In this document: positions 1-12,800 of the stretch, in pieces
Numbering within the stretch: position 1 is the first letter of the stretch
Layout of the letters: every line of letters begins with the position of its first letter
Assembly (NCBI GenBank): GCA_002633005.1
Contig: NMRA01000213.1
Span: forward strand, 37,300-101,299
Direction: 5' to 3'
DNA from: Phoronis australis
Lineage: Eukaryota > Animalia > Phoronida
DNA length: 64,000 bases
Made by a program: the position numbers and the translations under genes
The notes under the pieces: generated by a model
What the model saw: only the letters and a program-made list of their open reading frames with translations
The model's database searches: none
What the model was told of the DNA's origin: nothing

Positions 1-133
1 ATCGGTGACTTTGACATCAAAACAAGTTTTGACTTGGGGAAAAGTTGGCTCAATTTCTCAGAAAAGAAGCTTTAGATTTTGTTTATATTTGGTATCATAA
101 TGGCAAGCGTCAATTTTGGCTTCCTTCACCTCA

Positions 134-1849
134 TTTTTATGCGCCCACATATTTGTGGACGCATTATGCCGTCATCTCCGTCTGTCCGTCCGTCTGTCCG
201 GCGTCCGGCATCCGCTGCTCTATCTCAAAAACGCTTTGACGTATCTTCATGAAATTTCGCACATGTGTTCCTACCGTGAATGGTATGGTATGAGCGAACA
301 TTCGGACGGATCCGACCACCGGTGTACCCCCTAGTGGCAATTTTAGTTTTTTACGTTTAACTCTGTATCTTCAAAGGTCCTGATCGGATTTTCATAAAAT
401 TTAGTATGTTGGCACCTATTAGTGAGGTGACGCTGTCCTCCCGTTTTTGGATGGATTCATTGTAGTTTGCTTCACCTAGTGGCCAACTGTTTTCGAGTCT
501 ATTTTTGCGTCCACCGCTCTATCAACCAAACCACTCAAAGGATGATTGTGAAAATTGGCACGTATGTTCTGACTATGAAGTGGACGGCTGACGATGATTT
601 TCCAACGATTTTGACTTCTGTGGCGCCTCCTAGTGGCAGTTTTTTTTTTCCACCTATTGCCGTATCTTCTAAATGGTTCGAAGGATCTTTACTAAATTTA
701 ATGAGTGTATGTATATAATGTTGACAACAAACGACGACTTTCGGATGGATCTGACTACTGGTGTGCCTTCTAGTGGCATTTTCATCCTTTTACGTTTTTA
801 CCTCTGTATGTTTAAAGGTCCTCTGCGTATTTTCATAAAATTTGGCATACAGGCATCTGTTAATGAGGCGATTCTATCTCTCTGTTTTCAGATGGATTCG
901 ACCTAGTTTGCGCCACCTAGTGGCCACTTTTACTGTTTTCGAGTATGTTTTTTGGCGTCCACTTGTCTATCAACCAAACCGCTTTCAGCATAATTGTGAA
1001 AATTGGCATGTATGTTTCTACCATGAAGAGGATGGCTGACAATCATTTTCAACGGGTTTGACTTCAGTGGCGCCTCCTAGTGGTTGTTTTTTTGCGCTCA
1101 TCGCTGTATCTCATGCAGGATCTTTACTTAATTTAGCAAGTGTATTTATATGATGTTGACAACGGACGACGACAACTTTAAGATAGATCTAACTTTTGGT
1201 GTGCCCCCTTGTGGCAGTTTTATTTCTTATGTTTACCAGTCTGTATCTTCAAATGTCCTCAGATTTTCATAAAATTTTGAATATAGGCATCTATTGGTTT
1301 GATGATGCTATTATCCTGTGTTTGGATGGAATCGAGGTATTTTGCGCCATTTGGCCATTTTTGCTGTTTTCAAATCTTGTTTTTAGCGTCCACCCCTCGA
1401 TCAACCAAATCATTCTAGGTAATATGGTTTTGAAAACAGGCATGTATGTTTTCAGTGTGAAGAGGACGTTTGATGATGGCGACTTACTACTGTGGCGCCT
1501 CCAAGTGGTAGTTTTGTTTTGTTTTGTTTTGCGCCCGTAATTGTATCTCCAAAACCCACTGCAGGATTTTTATTAATTTTGTTAATGAATTTATGTGAAG
1601 ATAACAGACGATGACTGTCAGGCGGATCAAATGGTCGCTGTGCCCACAAGTGGCAATTTCATTTTGTTCTGTTTTCCTTCATTTCTCTGAAGTTCCTTGG
1701 CAGATTTTATAAAATATGGCGTTTTTGGATGGAGTGTATGTTTTTGTGCCATCAAGTGGCCATTTTTATGATACAAATAAATAACCCTAAAAGCACACCA
1801 TTTGCAATGCATTCTGGGCGCATTTCAACGCTCCGCGTTGCTCTTGTTT
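134..1849 (+). mobile_element. Non-autonomous Helentron-associated element (HINE / DINE-1 / pearl-like) with an internal tandem array
   Basis: T-run followed by 5' subTIR ATGCGCCCAC (139-148) with a nearby inverted copy GTGGACGCAT (155-164); GTCT/GTCC microsatellite at ~178-205; about 11 diverged core repeats of ~140-155 bp; 3' subTIR TGGGCGCAT (1815-1823); hairpin CAACGC-tcc-GCGTTG (1826-1840); ends CTCTTGTTT. This is the established HINE architecture. Confidence 0.85.
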
Positions 1850-2975
1850 CAGGTTTGAGAGTTTAACTACTTGGAAATGTCTGTTTTTTTAATGAAGTCA
1901 AGTCATAGTAAGAAATGTTGAAGTTAGGTTACTTATCAAATGAACTGCTTGAATTAAGTTTATTAATTTTTAAAGCAAAATTTTTTCTGTGTTTGAAAAT
2001 TTTGAGTAGTGCAATTGAATGACTGAGTGTGTAATCGTTTCTAGACATTTTCAACTTATCTGGCTTGTCTCTGCTTAATAGTTCATTCTCTTGCCACTTA
2101 ATATAAGCGCAAGAATTAGCGCATAGACTGGCGGGAGAAAAAACACGTCCTTTCTCGATGAAGAATGTCCGTGTAATCACTCATCCGTATTACCCTGTAT
2201 CTCATGGTAGCAGTGTGGGATTCTGGGATTAAAATTATAGTGCATATGTCCTGACATGGGACAATCTGGTCAAACTGTAACATATGCTTGTTTCCAGCGC
2301 CTTTGCCCCTGAAAGTGAACCTTTTGCATGTATTCTATCGGACAATAAAACCACAGAATATGAGTTACTTGAAAATTTGTATCAATTTTATCATGGTTAC
2401 AGGTAAACGTTCTCTCCTGTTTCTTGTGGTTGAGTTCTGCTCATGTTGTTCTTTTGTTTCTTTTCTTTCAACTGCTTTATGTTTGTTAGATGTTTATCAA
2501 ACAGTGAATTATCTACTAGTTTCTTATCCAATTTTTTATTTATCTCAGTTATATAAAAATAATTGTAGTAACTTCTCGTTCAAATTTCTCCCTTGAATTT
2601 TCTGCTTAGATATCTCATCCAATGTTTTATCCTCATCTACTTTCTTCCTGCATTATTACACAGTCAATGCCTCTCATCAGTTTTGTGCCATTTCTGCATT
2701 AAGTTTCTAATCCAGTTTTCCTCCATGTCTACTGAAATTTACAAGGAAGTTGATGAATTTCGTCGAAATTGTAGCTGAAGCCTAATAGAAACCAAACGAA
2801 AGATGAGCCATGAAATTTCGCTTCAAATTTTGTAATTTTTGGACTAATAAATATTCTCGGAAACTAACTGTAAGCATAAATTTCTTATCAAACTGTCTGC
2901 TTTCCTTACCACTTCCATGTTTACTGTTTTCCATTTAACTTTCTGTCTGTTTCATTATTTCTCACGTCATTTCAG

Positions 2976-4302
2976 AAACATCAGTCAGACAGCGCCGTCG
3001 GGCTCTGGTCAAAGGCAAGTCATGTCTGAACACCCCCCCCCCTTCCACCCCGAGTGTCAGCGCTAGTGGCGCATTAGGAATTGCCTCTTCTGCAACTAAT
3101 GAAAACTCACCCCAGTCCTTCCTAAATTACCGCTTTCCTCGATCTGCTTTGAGCTAGTTAACCTGCATGGATTGCATTTTTCCAATATTAAAAAAGCCTG
3201 TGATTGCAAACTGACAAGATCTGATTCCCGCTGGTTCTGGATTGTCTTTCAATGGGATTGTGTTTTGCAGGAATGGTTCTAATCTTTACATTTTGTGTTT
3301 GTTCCATATCAAACCGCTCCAGTTGATGAGTTTAATGTTTTGGCAAATTTGGACTTAATAACTTCAAGCTGGCTTTTCAACATCTCCAGGAGTTTACTCC
3401 AGCCTTAATTTTGCACACAAGTTATACTTAGTCTGTCTCTATATTTTGTCATAACGCCTTACAATTCTTTAAAATGACACGCAATCCGTCGAAGAGACTA
3501 ACCACAGATAAACATGGCTAAAACTTGCTACCTACTCGGATGAGAGGTGAATTTTGATTTTGCAAAGAACTGACAGTGAGCTATTCCTCAAGACCATGGT
3601 CAATGAATAAAATGAGTCAGCTTATTGACACTGGTGTCGAGCAATTTGGAACTTCTTCTGTCAATCATTCCAAGCCCAGAAATCACGTTTTGACTAAGGA
3701 ACAGGTTCTTGCAAGGGAAATCAGCTGCTTTTATGTTGTGAGAGTGGGAAAGCTTAATTTGATTATTAATGACCTGATTTTACTTTCTGGTGTGCAATAG
3801 GCAAATTAAAACGAGGTGCTGTAATCCACTTCTCAATGATCCTTACGGGTTGGGATTTCTGGTGAAGTTCAAATATATTAAGTTTTAAATTTATTTATAA
3901 CCATCATATTAACTTGGAGAGGGTGAACAATGGTGACTGTCAGATGCATTTTGAACACAGTAGTTAGACATGGCTTGTGCTGATAGCAGCCCAGTTAACC
4001 TACATCTTAGTACCCGGAATAATTTGAAACTTTTTGAACAGGACACCGTAATGGACGGACACCGATTGACATTGGATTTTTTATAATATGAAATATACCC
4101 CAAAACTGCTGATTTTGTGATAAGTAGTTTGTTGGTTTTGTTCACGGAATGTGCTTTAATAGCTGCTGTTATTTAATGACCACTGACTGTTTGCTGAGGT
4201 ACTACAACACTCTGCGTGCGTGTTTATAATTCTGACCTTATCACTTGCAGCCCTCAAAGTCCGTTAAAAGACACAAGAGGGGGCGTAGCTGTCACTCCAA
4301 TG
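2976..4302 (+). other. Two candidate small upstream exons (2976-3014 with a GC donor; 4251-4302), possibly of CCDC87
   Basis: Polypyrimidine+ttcag|...AAAG|gcaagt and ttgcag|...ATG|gtaagt. They join in one open frame (NISQTAPSGSGQSPQSPLKDTRGGVAVTPM), but the exit phase does not link directly to the 9820 exon. Confidence 0.25.
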
Positions 4303-4794
4303 GTAAGTTACATGGTGGCGTGTTCCTAGAAAGTTTATTCTACAGAATACCAGCTTCATAGTTGAGCAGTTAAAGCATTGTTGTGTGAAGTATCATGGGT
4401 GTGAGTGAGATAAGTTGGATTATCTTTCACATAGCTGCTGTCTGAAGAAGAAACCTACCCTGATTGCAGTGGTGTCTGTAAATGCAGTTTTGTGCTGAGT
4501 TCTGTAGACCTAAGGCATTAGCCACACAACTGAGGCAAGAAATGTTCACTATTATCTGACAGGAACAGTGAATCGTATCCCACAATGCAACATTCCTACC
4601 TCACCAATCGATGAGTTCAGTGTCCACTGCGGTTTTGCTAAGTCATGCTTGAGCGCCCCTCCCCGCCACCCCCCCCCGAAACACTCACCTTTTGCCCAAT
4701 CATGTAATTTTGCAGGATTTTACACAATCACACTCAACTTGGTCTATGGAATGCACTTGCTTAGTATAGGTTACTTAATAATATACTGTGGGTC

Positions 4795-4872
4795 CTGAGG
4801 GTTGTGGGACCTTAGGGTTGTGGGATCTAAGGATTGAAGGGCCTAAAGGTTGGGGGACCTAAGGGTTGTGGA
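4795..4872. repeat. Minisatellite, about 4 copies of GGGACCTAAGGGTTGT
   Basis: Imperfect tandem copies are directly visible. Confidence 0.7.
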
Positions 4873-5425
4873 GTCCTGGATGTCGCAGTGCGATCTGTTG
4901 CTATGCTCTTTTTGAGTGAACAGTACAGCATGTACCTATTGCTTTAGGTTCCTAGCAAAATAGAAACATGTCTAACTACGTGGTAGTGTCTGCCTTCACT
5001 GTTTACCCCATGACATGGTTAATTAGACTCAAAGGATCCTTACAAATTTTTCACTAAGTGATTGTTCTTCACATTGCCAAGTGAAGTTCCCCTATAGTCT
5101 CTACTTCAACTGCATGTTGAGATACACGCCAAACACCATGAATTCTTGATATTAATACCGAACAGATGAGCAAAGAAATCGTCACATCATCGTGTAAGCT
5201 CAGTGTTGACACTAGCTGCCGGTCTAGTGTATTTGAGTTCATTCCTGTCACATACCGAGAACTCCACCCTCACCATTTCTTCCTGTAAGTACCGTCGGAT
5301 TAACTGTTCGGTTTCGTTACCACTAATCCATCTCTTCCCTTAATTTTCAATTCACAGAATCTGTGTTTACAAAATACCCATAAGTTGTAGAGTATGTAAG
5401 TGACCTTGCACTTCATCTTAATCAA

Positions 5426-5698
5426 AATAAAGATTGTTACTTATCGGCGGCCTGGTTATGTTTGAGAACCTGCCCTGCGCCCTTCATCGGGGTATTGGCA
5501 TGGATTTCCGTGGCACGTGACCCCCTGTGAGCAGTGCTTGGCTGTCATCGAACGCCACCTCATGGCTGTCACTGAGGCGCTGTTAAATGGCAGGTGTCTG
5601 ATGACCGCCTAGCACCAACCACAGATGGCCACGGGACATGGAAATCCCCGCGATGTTCTCAAATATAACCAGGCCGCCAATAGATAACTATCTTTATT
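5426..5698. mobile_element. MITE with ~45-bp terminal inverted repeats
   Basis: AATAAAGATTGTTACTTATCGGCGGCCTGGTTATGTTTGAGAAC matches the reverse complement of GTTCTCAAATATAACCAGGCCGCCAATAGATAACTATCTTTATT. Confidence 0.8.
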
Positions 5699-7865
5699 TC
5701 AATACTACCTAACACCGCCACCTATGGCCATTCTACTACCTTATGATATGTTTTTGTTAGTGTATATTATACTCTGCAACAACTTAGCTATTGATTCATA
5801 TTGCTGAAGGCCAATATACCTTTTGAAAGTTCATAATCGGCTCAAGTCACTAAAGAGTTGTATTATAAGGAAGTTCTTCATCTATTTAGATCACAGTATG
5901 GAGGACGTTTTTCTAAGAGAGTTTGATTTGTCAAATTCCTCCAAGAAAATAAAATAATTATTATTTGGCCGTGTAGTTTGTTGTAAAAGAAAGTATGATT
6001 TGAACCAAAGGCATCGGATTTGGAAAATAGAAATTAAAACTGTCTTTGTGATTATTTGACCGTTTAAAATAAGTGAAGAATTATCATTAAAAATGTGGTG
6101 TGCTTGACAAATGAATTAACAGAGTCGACATTAGTGTAAGTTAATTGAAGACAGTTCTGTCAAGGTGAGCAACTAAATGCATTGCAAATGATACAGGCAG
6201 AAAAGGTCTTCTTTAATTGGATTAGAAGGAGACTTATTCCAAGCTGCGTGTGTGCACAAATCAATAGAAAACATTTTGGCATGCAACTCCTCAGCTGTCT
6301 GAGAAAAGTAAAAGTATTTTTGATTGACCCAATTTTTAATTCTCACGTGCGAAATACAGTTTAAGACGGATATATTTTGGCATGAATTTATTGATTATCT
6401 GATAGCCCAATAGGTGGCAATTTAATGACATGATGGTTGTGGATGAGCTATAAAAGGTTATGGGATATCTCACTGCTTTAAATCCCCATGGAAATAAGGT
6501 GTATTTGTTTCGTACATGTAGATACTATATCTCTATTCGATAAATAGCTATTACATGATCCTGTTAGCTCAATTAAGAAATTTGCAGTTTGGTGATTTTA
6601 CAACCAATTTTTAGCAGACCGCGATATGTTAGTCCTGACGGCTATAAAGGACACTTCTGCTGTTCATTATATTGACTGTCTATTCAGTATATTTATGCTG
6701 TCCAAGAGGATTATACAATAATAAAATTTATCATTGAATATTGGTTACTAAATTTGCTTTGCTAAAAACGTTTCTGTGTGGAATGTGAAAAACACTGAAA
6801 CTACATAACATTTCATCAAGATTGACTGAAAATATTCCAGCCGCCAAAGTCATACAGATCAAGAAGGAAAGTTTACTAGGTATCGTTTTTTGAAAGGAAC
6901 TGGACAACATCAAAGTTTGTTGAATAAAAGAGTGTCTTAAAACTGATATATATTTGATATGTTACTATATTTCATAATCGAGTCATGAGCTGGGTTTTAC
7001 CGCCAACTTCCTTAAAATCCCATCAAAATTTCTACTCTGCACTTCGCTATTTCATTTACCTGAAATTTGCTGATTGTGATAAAAGAGCTACTGGCTTTAA
7101 ACAAAGGTGTCAAGAATTTCTCTGTCAAAGTCATGTTATTTGTCAATTCCATCTTGCTGTAAGATACATGTGGTGTTGAAGTTTGTCTGATTTTGACACA
7201 GTTCCAGTTCAATTTTGAAGTTGTTGAATGTTGAGATTGTGTTGCATTTTTATAAAAATAACTGTTACCATAGATACCGACTGCACTCATGTTTGTCAGT
7301 TATTTGTAATTTCTTTGTACTGCCGTTTCTATTGTTCTCATATGGTAACCATTTTCAAGGTTAATTGAAGGAAAACCAACTTTCTGCAAAATTTGCAAGC
7401 CAGTCATTCTGACTCTAAAGTTGGCTTTTAGTCTGCGTAGCTTCTCAATTATAAAATTGGCAATGTCTGACATCCCTGCCTCACACCAGAAAAAAGTATT
7501 CTTTATGGGGTAATACTGTCTGGCTTTATTGCTTTGATGTTGAAGTGTCTTGTTAAGACCGCGACTTTAGTTGTTCCCTTATATTAACCATAACTGTTTT
7601 GTTGGATTTTTGTTTAGGTTGTATTTTGTGATGACCATGTGTTTCAACTTTTTGCTAACTGGCCTGTTGCTGTGAATGAAGCAAAACCGTTAAATGTATT
7701 AATAATATTTTACTGAATTTTCAGTAAGTTAGGTAAGGAACCCATGTCTTTTGTGCTTTTAGAATGCAAATAATTTGGTCTTTGATGAACAATTTTACAA
7801 ATGAAGTGTGAGACCTTCACTAAGTTACATATACCGGTAGATACATGTATTCTCTAAACAGATTA

Positions 7866-7915
7866 CTGTGACGGACAGAGTGCTGTGACGGACAGAATGC
7901 TGTGACGGACAGTGT
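7866..7915. repeat. 3 x 17-bp tandem repeat CTGTGACGGACAGA(G/A)TG
   Basis: Seen directly in the sequence. Confidence 0.8.
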
Positions 7916-9493
7916 GCCGCACAATGCGGCAGTAAAATAGGAATAACCCTGTGATTTTTTTGTTTAAAAGAATATGTAATTCGTATTGATGTATATTAAA
8001 AATTTGACCACTTATTAATCGTTCATTTATAGGCTTTTGTCTTTACTTATTTAGCACACACTACAATTGAAATTCTATTTTCAGATAGATTTCTCCTCAA
8101 AAACAATTAAGATTAGGAATATTTTAGTCAATGTTTGTACTGTGTGAAAAATTTGTTTGGTAATTTCTGATTATTTGCAGTAAAGTAATATTAGGAAAAT
8201 GTGGCAACAATTTGTTTTTTTTTTGTTAGTGTTGAATTTTTGTTCTTAGACAAATGGATAGATGTGGAACTTGAATCATACTCCTTTATTCTGAGCCCTC
8301 GTCAACCTGAAATGCTTACCTCAAGTGGCAATATGTCCACTTCTTTCAAAAACATTGTTTATACTCATTTGTTTTTTGTGTGAAATGACCTGGCAATACA
8401 TTATTGCTTGAGCCAAGCCTCTTTAAATTTGTTTCTCTCATGGCAGGTTAGCTTCAACTGCCAATTTAAAGCAGTTAATGGCTGTCAAAAATTGAAGGCA
8501 ATCCTGTGAAGAAACTTGGTGTTGTAGGACCCAAGAAAAATATTCAGTTTTGGCCAGCTTTGGAGCATCTGATCTCAGAAATGGCTGATTTGATCCTCAT
8601 GAATCGTTCAGATACTATGCTTTGTACAGTGTTCTCCAAAATGCTGTTTGGAACTGGTTTTAAAAATGTTTATTTTTGCACAAAGGGCTATCAGAAAACT
8701 GGACTTAAGGGATTTTTATAAAAAAAGTTAAATTTTTTGATAAAAACCGAAACAAAACGATGATTTAGAAATCTGACAGTGTTTGTGAGATTTTATCGTG
8801 AACATTTCTCTCAAGACTATTGACCCTGTTGTTTTGCTATACCTTCTAATTTGCTAATTTTTCCTACAAAGGCGAGGTCACATGACCTAAATATAATAAT
8901 TATAATATTTTCTGTGTAGAATTTTATTTGAAAAATTCTATAGTTAGTAGATATTTGGCCAAATGTACAGACTTGTCGATAACGTCGATTACTCAAAATC
9001 TCTACAAAGTCGTGTAGTTATATAGCTTTGAACGTTACTCAGATTCAGAAGATTTTAGTATCTGCAGTGTCGCCTCATGCTACGTGCTACAGTACAATCT
9101 AACGGTATTTACTAACAGGCAAAATTACCCAGAATTCCCCCATCATGATGGCTGGGCTGAAGCTGAATTCGTCGTAAGCGTATTACGTAGTTTTCTCTGA
9201 CAGAGAATGAAAGGCGGTCTGAAAGGTGGTTAAAGACGGGCTAAAATGAGCCAGCTGCCTTAGATATGTTAAATACATGTACTTTTGTGCAACGTATATT
9301 TGTTTCGTTTTATTCCTCACACCGCAAACTAATTATTACACATTTAATGCCCCCATATTATGTGCCCCCATCGGAAACCCCTTTTGTCCTCTCGACGTGT
9401 CACAGTGGCCTGGTCTGTTGACATCATCGTGAGCAACACATTACCGCACTGACCACAACCTGAGCAGCTGATTGGCTGCCGGGACAGTATGTA

Positions 9494-9652
9494 CCGTAAT
9501 CGTTCGGGTTAACGCCCTGGGCGGTTAAATTGACGAACCCAAAAAATCGGGGGAGGGCGGTTAACCGAGCAGTGGGCGGTTAAATTGAAAATCCACCTAA
9601 AGTAGGGGATGGGCGGTTAACTGAGCATGGGCATTAACCCGAACGATTACGG
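9494..9652. mobile_element. Tc1/mariner(pogo)-type MITE with TA target duplication
   Basis: ta|CCGTAATCGTTCGGGTTAA...TTAACCCGAACGATTACGG|ta, with internal repeated GGGCGGTTAA motifs. Confidence 0.85.
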
Positions 9653-9819
9653 TAATCAGAATTTTTGGCAGTAATGTTTGCTATTAGCAGAATGCTGTCA
9701 TGGTGGAAAACTACATTTTGTCTGGTTAGTGTTTTGTTAGAACTGTAGTTTCTGTGTTTGTAAGTTTCCATGACACTTACGGTCGTGCAAGCTGCCAGTG
9801 TTCCTGTTCTTAATTTAAG

Positions 9820-12800
9820 GCCTGGTCAGTCTATAGCACCTTCTAACACTTACGATGAACATCTCCGCAGGTATCCTTCCCTCAACTGTTCAGGGTGCAC
9901 ATGGGACTACGTAAGCAAGGTGACTGACAAGTCTCAGTTTTCAGCTATTTTGTTCATTCTGTCTTGCCATAGCAACGTTTTAAAGCACTCAGTTCACTTT
10001 ATTTGCATAAATAACCCGGGCTCTCAGGTTTTGTCTTTGTATGCAAGTAACTTTTGTTTCGCATCTAATGTTTAAATCCTTTCAATAAGGTTAAAGTGTT
10101 ACGGAAGTGCCAAAGGTTTCATCAGCTGATGTAGCAAAATTTGGAAGAGTGGAAAATAATATCACTGTCAGCATTAAACTAAGTCTGTAGCATGATTCAC
10201 TCATTCACCACACCATGAACATTTCATGCATGCTTTTCTTTAAATAGTTTCAATGGGTCGTGCCACTGCATAGATTTTAACTTGGATTTTGGAATTTCAC
10301 TTTAAGTTCATTTTCTGTCAATTGCACCTTATTTAATTGTTGAAATTGCATGGCTGTGAATTTCAATGGATTAAACGTTTTTTATGATAAATTGTATTAT
10401 TTTGTACACCTGCCTAGAAAGAAATGAGTTTCGGTTTAATTAAAATAACAATCATTTATGATAAATGTGAAAATTTTGTGAATTCCTGTGTGTATGTTTC
10501 ATTTTTGGGCTTGGAGGGGTAACTAGTGCCTAGGGGCTTAAAGGCCTTTCTCACTGGCTTTGGTGACACCAAAGCTTTGGTCAATTGCAACACTTAACTT
10601 CAGCCTTGAACCTAAGTTAACAGTACGAGTTACTGTAACCCTGGTGTAAAGAGGTGGATTTAACAGCAAATCGTCGAAGCTTCGCTACAGTGGGAACACT
10701 TAACTTCAATGTTATCGGAGTTACTGACAAGGGTCACTGCATTTGACAACAGCGGTTGTTGATATTTGTTAATATTTTGTTGGTACTAATATTTATTATT
10801 TTGGCAGTATAAGTATTGGATTCTGTTTTGTGTTATCCGTGTATTGTTGCTGGATTCTTTTCCATTTAAAAAATGAAAAACGTGTATCTGTGCCACCATA
10901 CGCCATACTGCCTTAATTTGGATCACCTGTTTGCCTACTCAACAGTCAGGGTTTTTTTTCTACTACATGGCCATCATTGAGGTTCTAGTTTTCATTTGGT
11001 GAGAGCTCCTTGCCATTACTATACCTTTCGTGTTTCCAGTGCCATGGGCCTAATCTGATGGAAATAATTACAGACACAGTACTTTCTAACAAAGATTTAC
11101 AAGCTCAATTACATCAGGCCTGTCTGTATGACTACAAGGCTTAACTTGCTGCTTGGCTGGGGTCCGGTGAGGCACCTTGCCTGTAGGCTAGCCTTGGGGT
11201 AGCAAGGTCTGTAAAGGCTATTTTCATGGCTTCAACCTTTTCTCTATGTTTTCAGACACCAACTGTTGCTAACATCAATGCTGCGAATGATGGCAAATTC
11301 ATTCCCGGTGTTGGTAACCTTGAAGATCTGCCAGTAATGGTGGCAGAACGAATGTCAAGGTCATACAACTCCTGGCTTCAGTGGTGGAAAAACACAGTCA
11401 ACTATGACGATTATCTCAAGTACTTGTCAAATAAGGTAAGTGAGAAGTTAACTTCCAAATAACTCACTGGCTACAGGAGACCATTTACAGGTTTCTAATT
11501 TAATTTGGCAGAATAGTGGGACAAAATCGCTGTCTTGTTTACATAACCTTGCTTAGGGTCTGTCGCCATGCATATGCAAAATCACCATAAGGTCTTATAA
11601 TCCTCGGGTGATTTTCTGCTGTGAAGAAACTATACAAAGTACCATGATGTCATCCTGCTCCTTATGTCAGTTAAGATTTGATTGGCTGAAACCTGGACAG
11701 TCAGGCCCTCGACTTTACTGTCAGCTTCAAAATACAAAATTTATTTATATTCCATCTGTGAAGCAAGGAATGGTGTATGAAACAGGACTACGTCAAAAGT
11801 AATTAACACTACGTTAGACATGATACAGGCCAGTCTGAATTTTATGCAAACGGTTCTCATTTTACAGACAACCATCAGATGGCAATATTTGCTTGGTGTT
11901 GCAAGCTATCGTTTCTCTGTTACAGGAGACGGATTATCTAGCAGCTGTTTTCCACTTTTACAACTCCGAAGATGAAGAGGAAGAGGATGAAAGATCGCCA
12001 TCTGTTGTTCAGAAAATGAAGGAGGAAGAGGATATGAGGCTGTGAGTATTGAAGATGTGCTCTGTCTGTGCTGGGGGGAGGGGCGAAAGAAAGGCATGTC
12101 GCTGTTAGTATAAATGATGCCAGCTGCGAGTTAACAAATAGAAGAGGAGAGATTTGTTCCCTACATTAAATGTGTTGCTGTAAACAGCTGTAGAGGGCTG
12201 ACCCCAGTGAGTCATGAAATTCTAGGCATTATAATATTGGACATTTTTGAACGGTGTATAGCCTCTTTGTGTGGTGGCAGACACTTTAAGAATATTTCGC
12301 TATTAAAGACTTTGACAATGCGAATGAATGTAATCTGATGCCTGTGTTGGCTCTCTTCACTAATTATCTTATTTTTGTATGCTTGTTACTTCCTACACTT
12401 AACAGAGGGCAGCACGTTGCAGTAGTGTCGGCTAGTAGGGATGTAAATACTTAGGGTCTCTATATCAAGTGGCGAGGGTGAGCGAATCGAAAACATACCA
12501 AAGTTTCATCACCATTACCATCTTCAGTCTGATATTTCATATTTGTGCTGATACTTTTTCATCGAAAATTGAACATTCGGAGGTAAGATTGCCATTGTCT
12601 TCAACTTCTCTGTAAAACTAGTCTCGCCATTTCACAGTACTGCACAAAATCTAATCATTGCTTTGCAGTCAGAGACAGAAGAAACTGGTAGAGCTACGTA
12701 CCCAGAAGGCCGAGTTTACGCCTGGTTTGTGGAACGTCAATGCGGTTCTACTGGGAGGACTAGGCAAGGATCCTGATACTGGACGTGAGTAGAACTTTGG

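Noticed and set aside
320-1762. CRISPR-like regularly spaced motif
   Set aside because: Eukaryotic context, the ~130-bp intervening segments are homologous to each other, and there are no cas genes; it is a transposon-internal tandem array.
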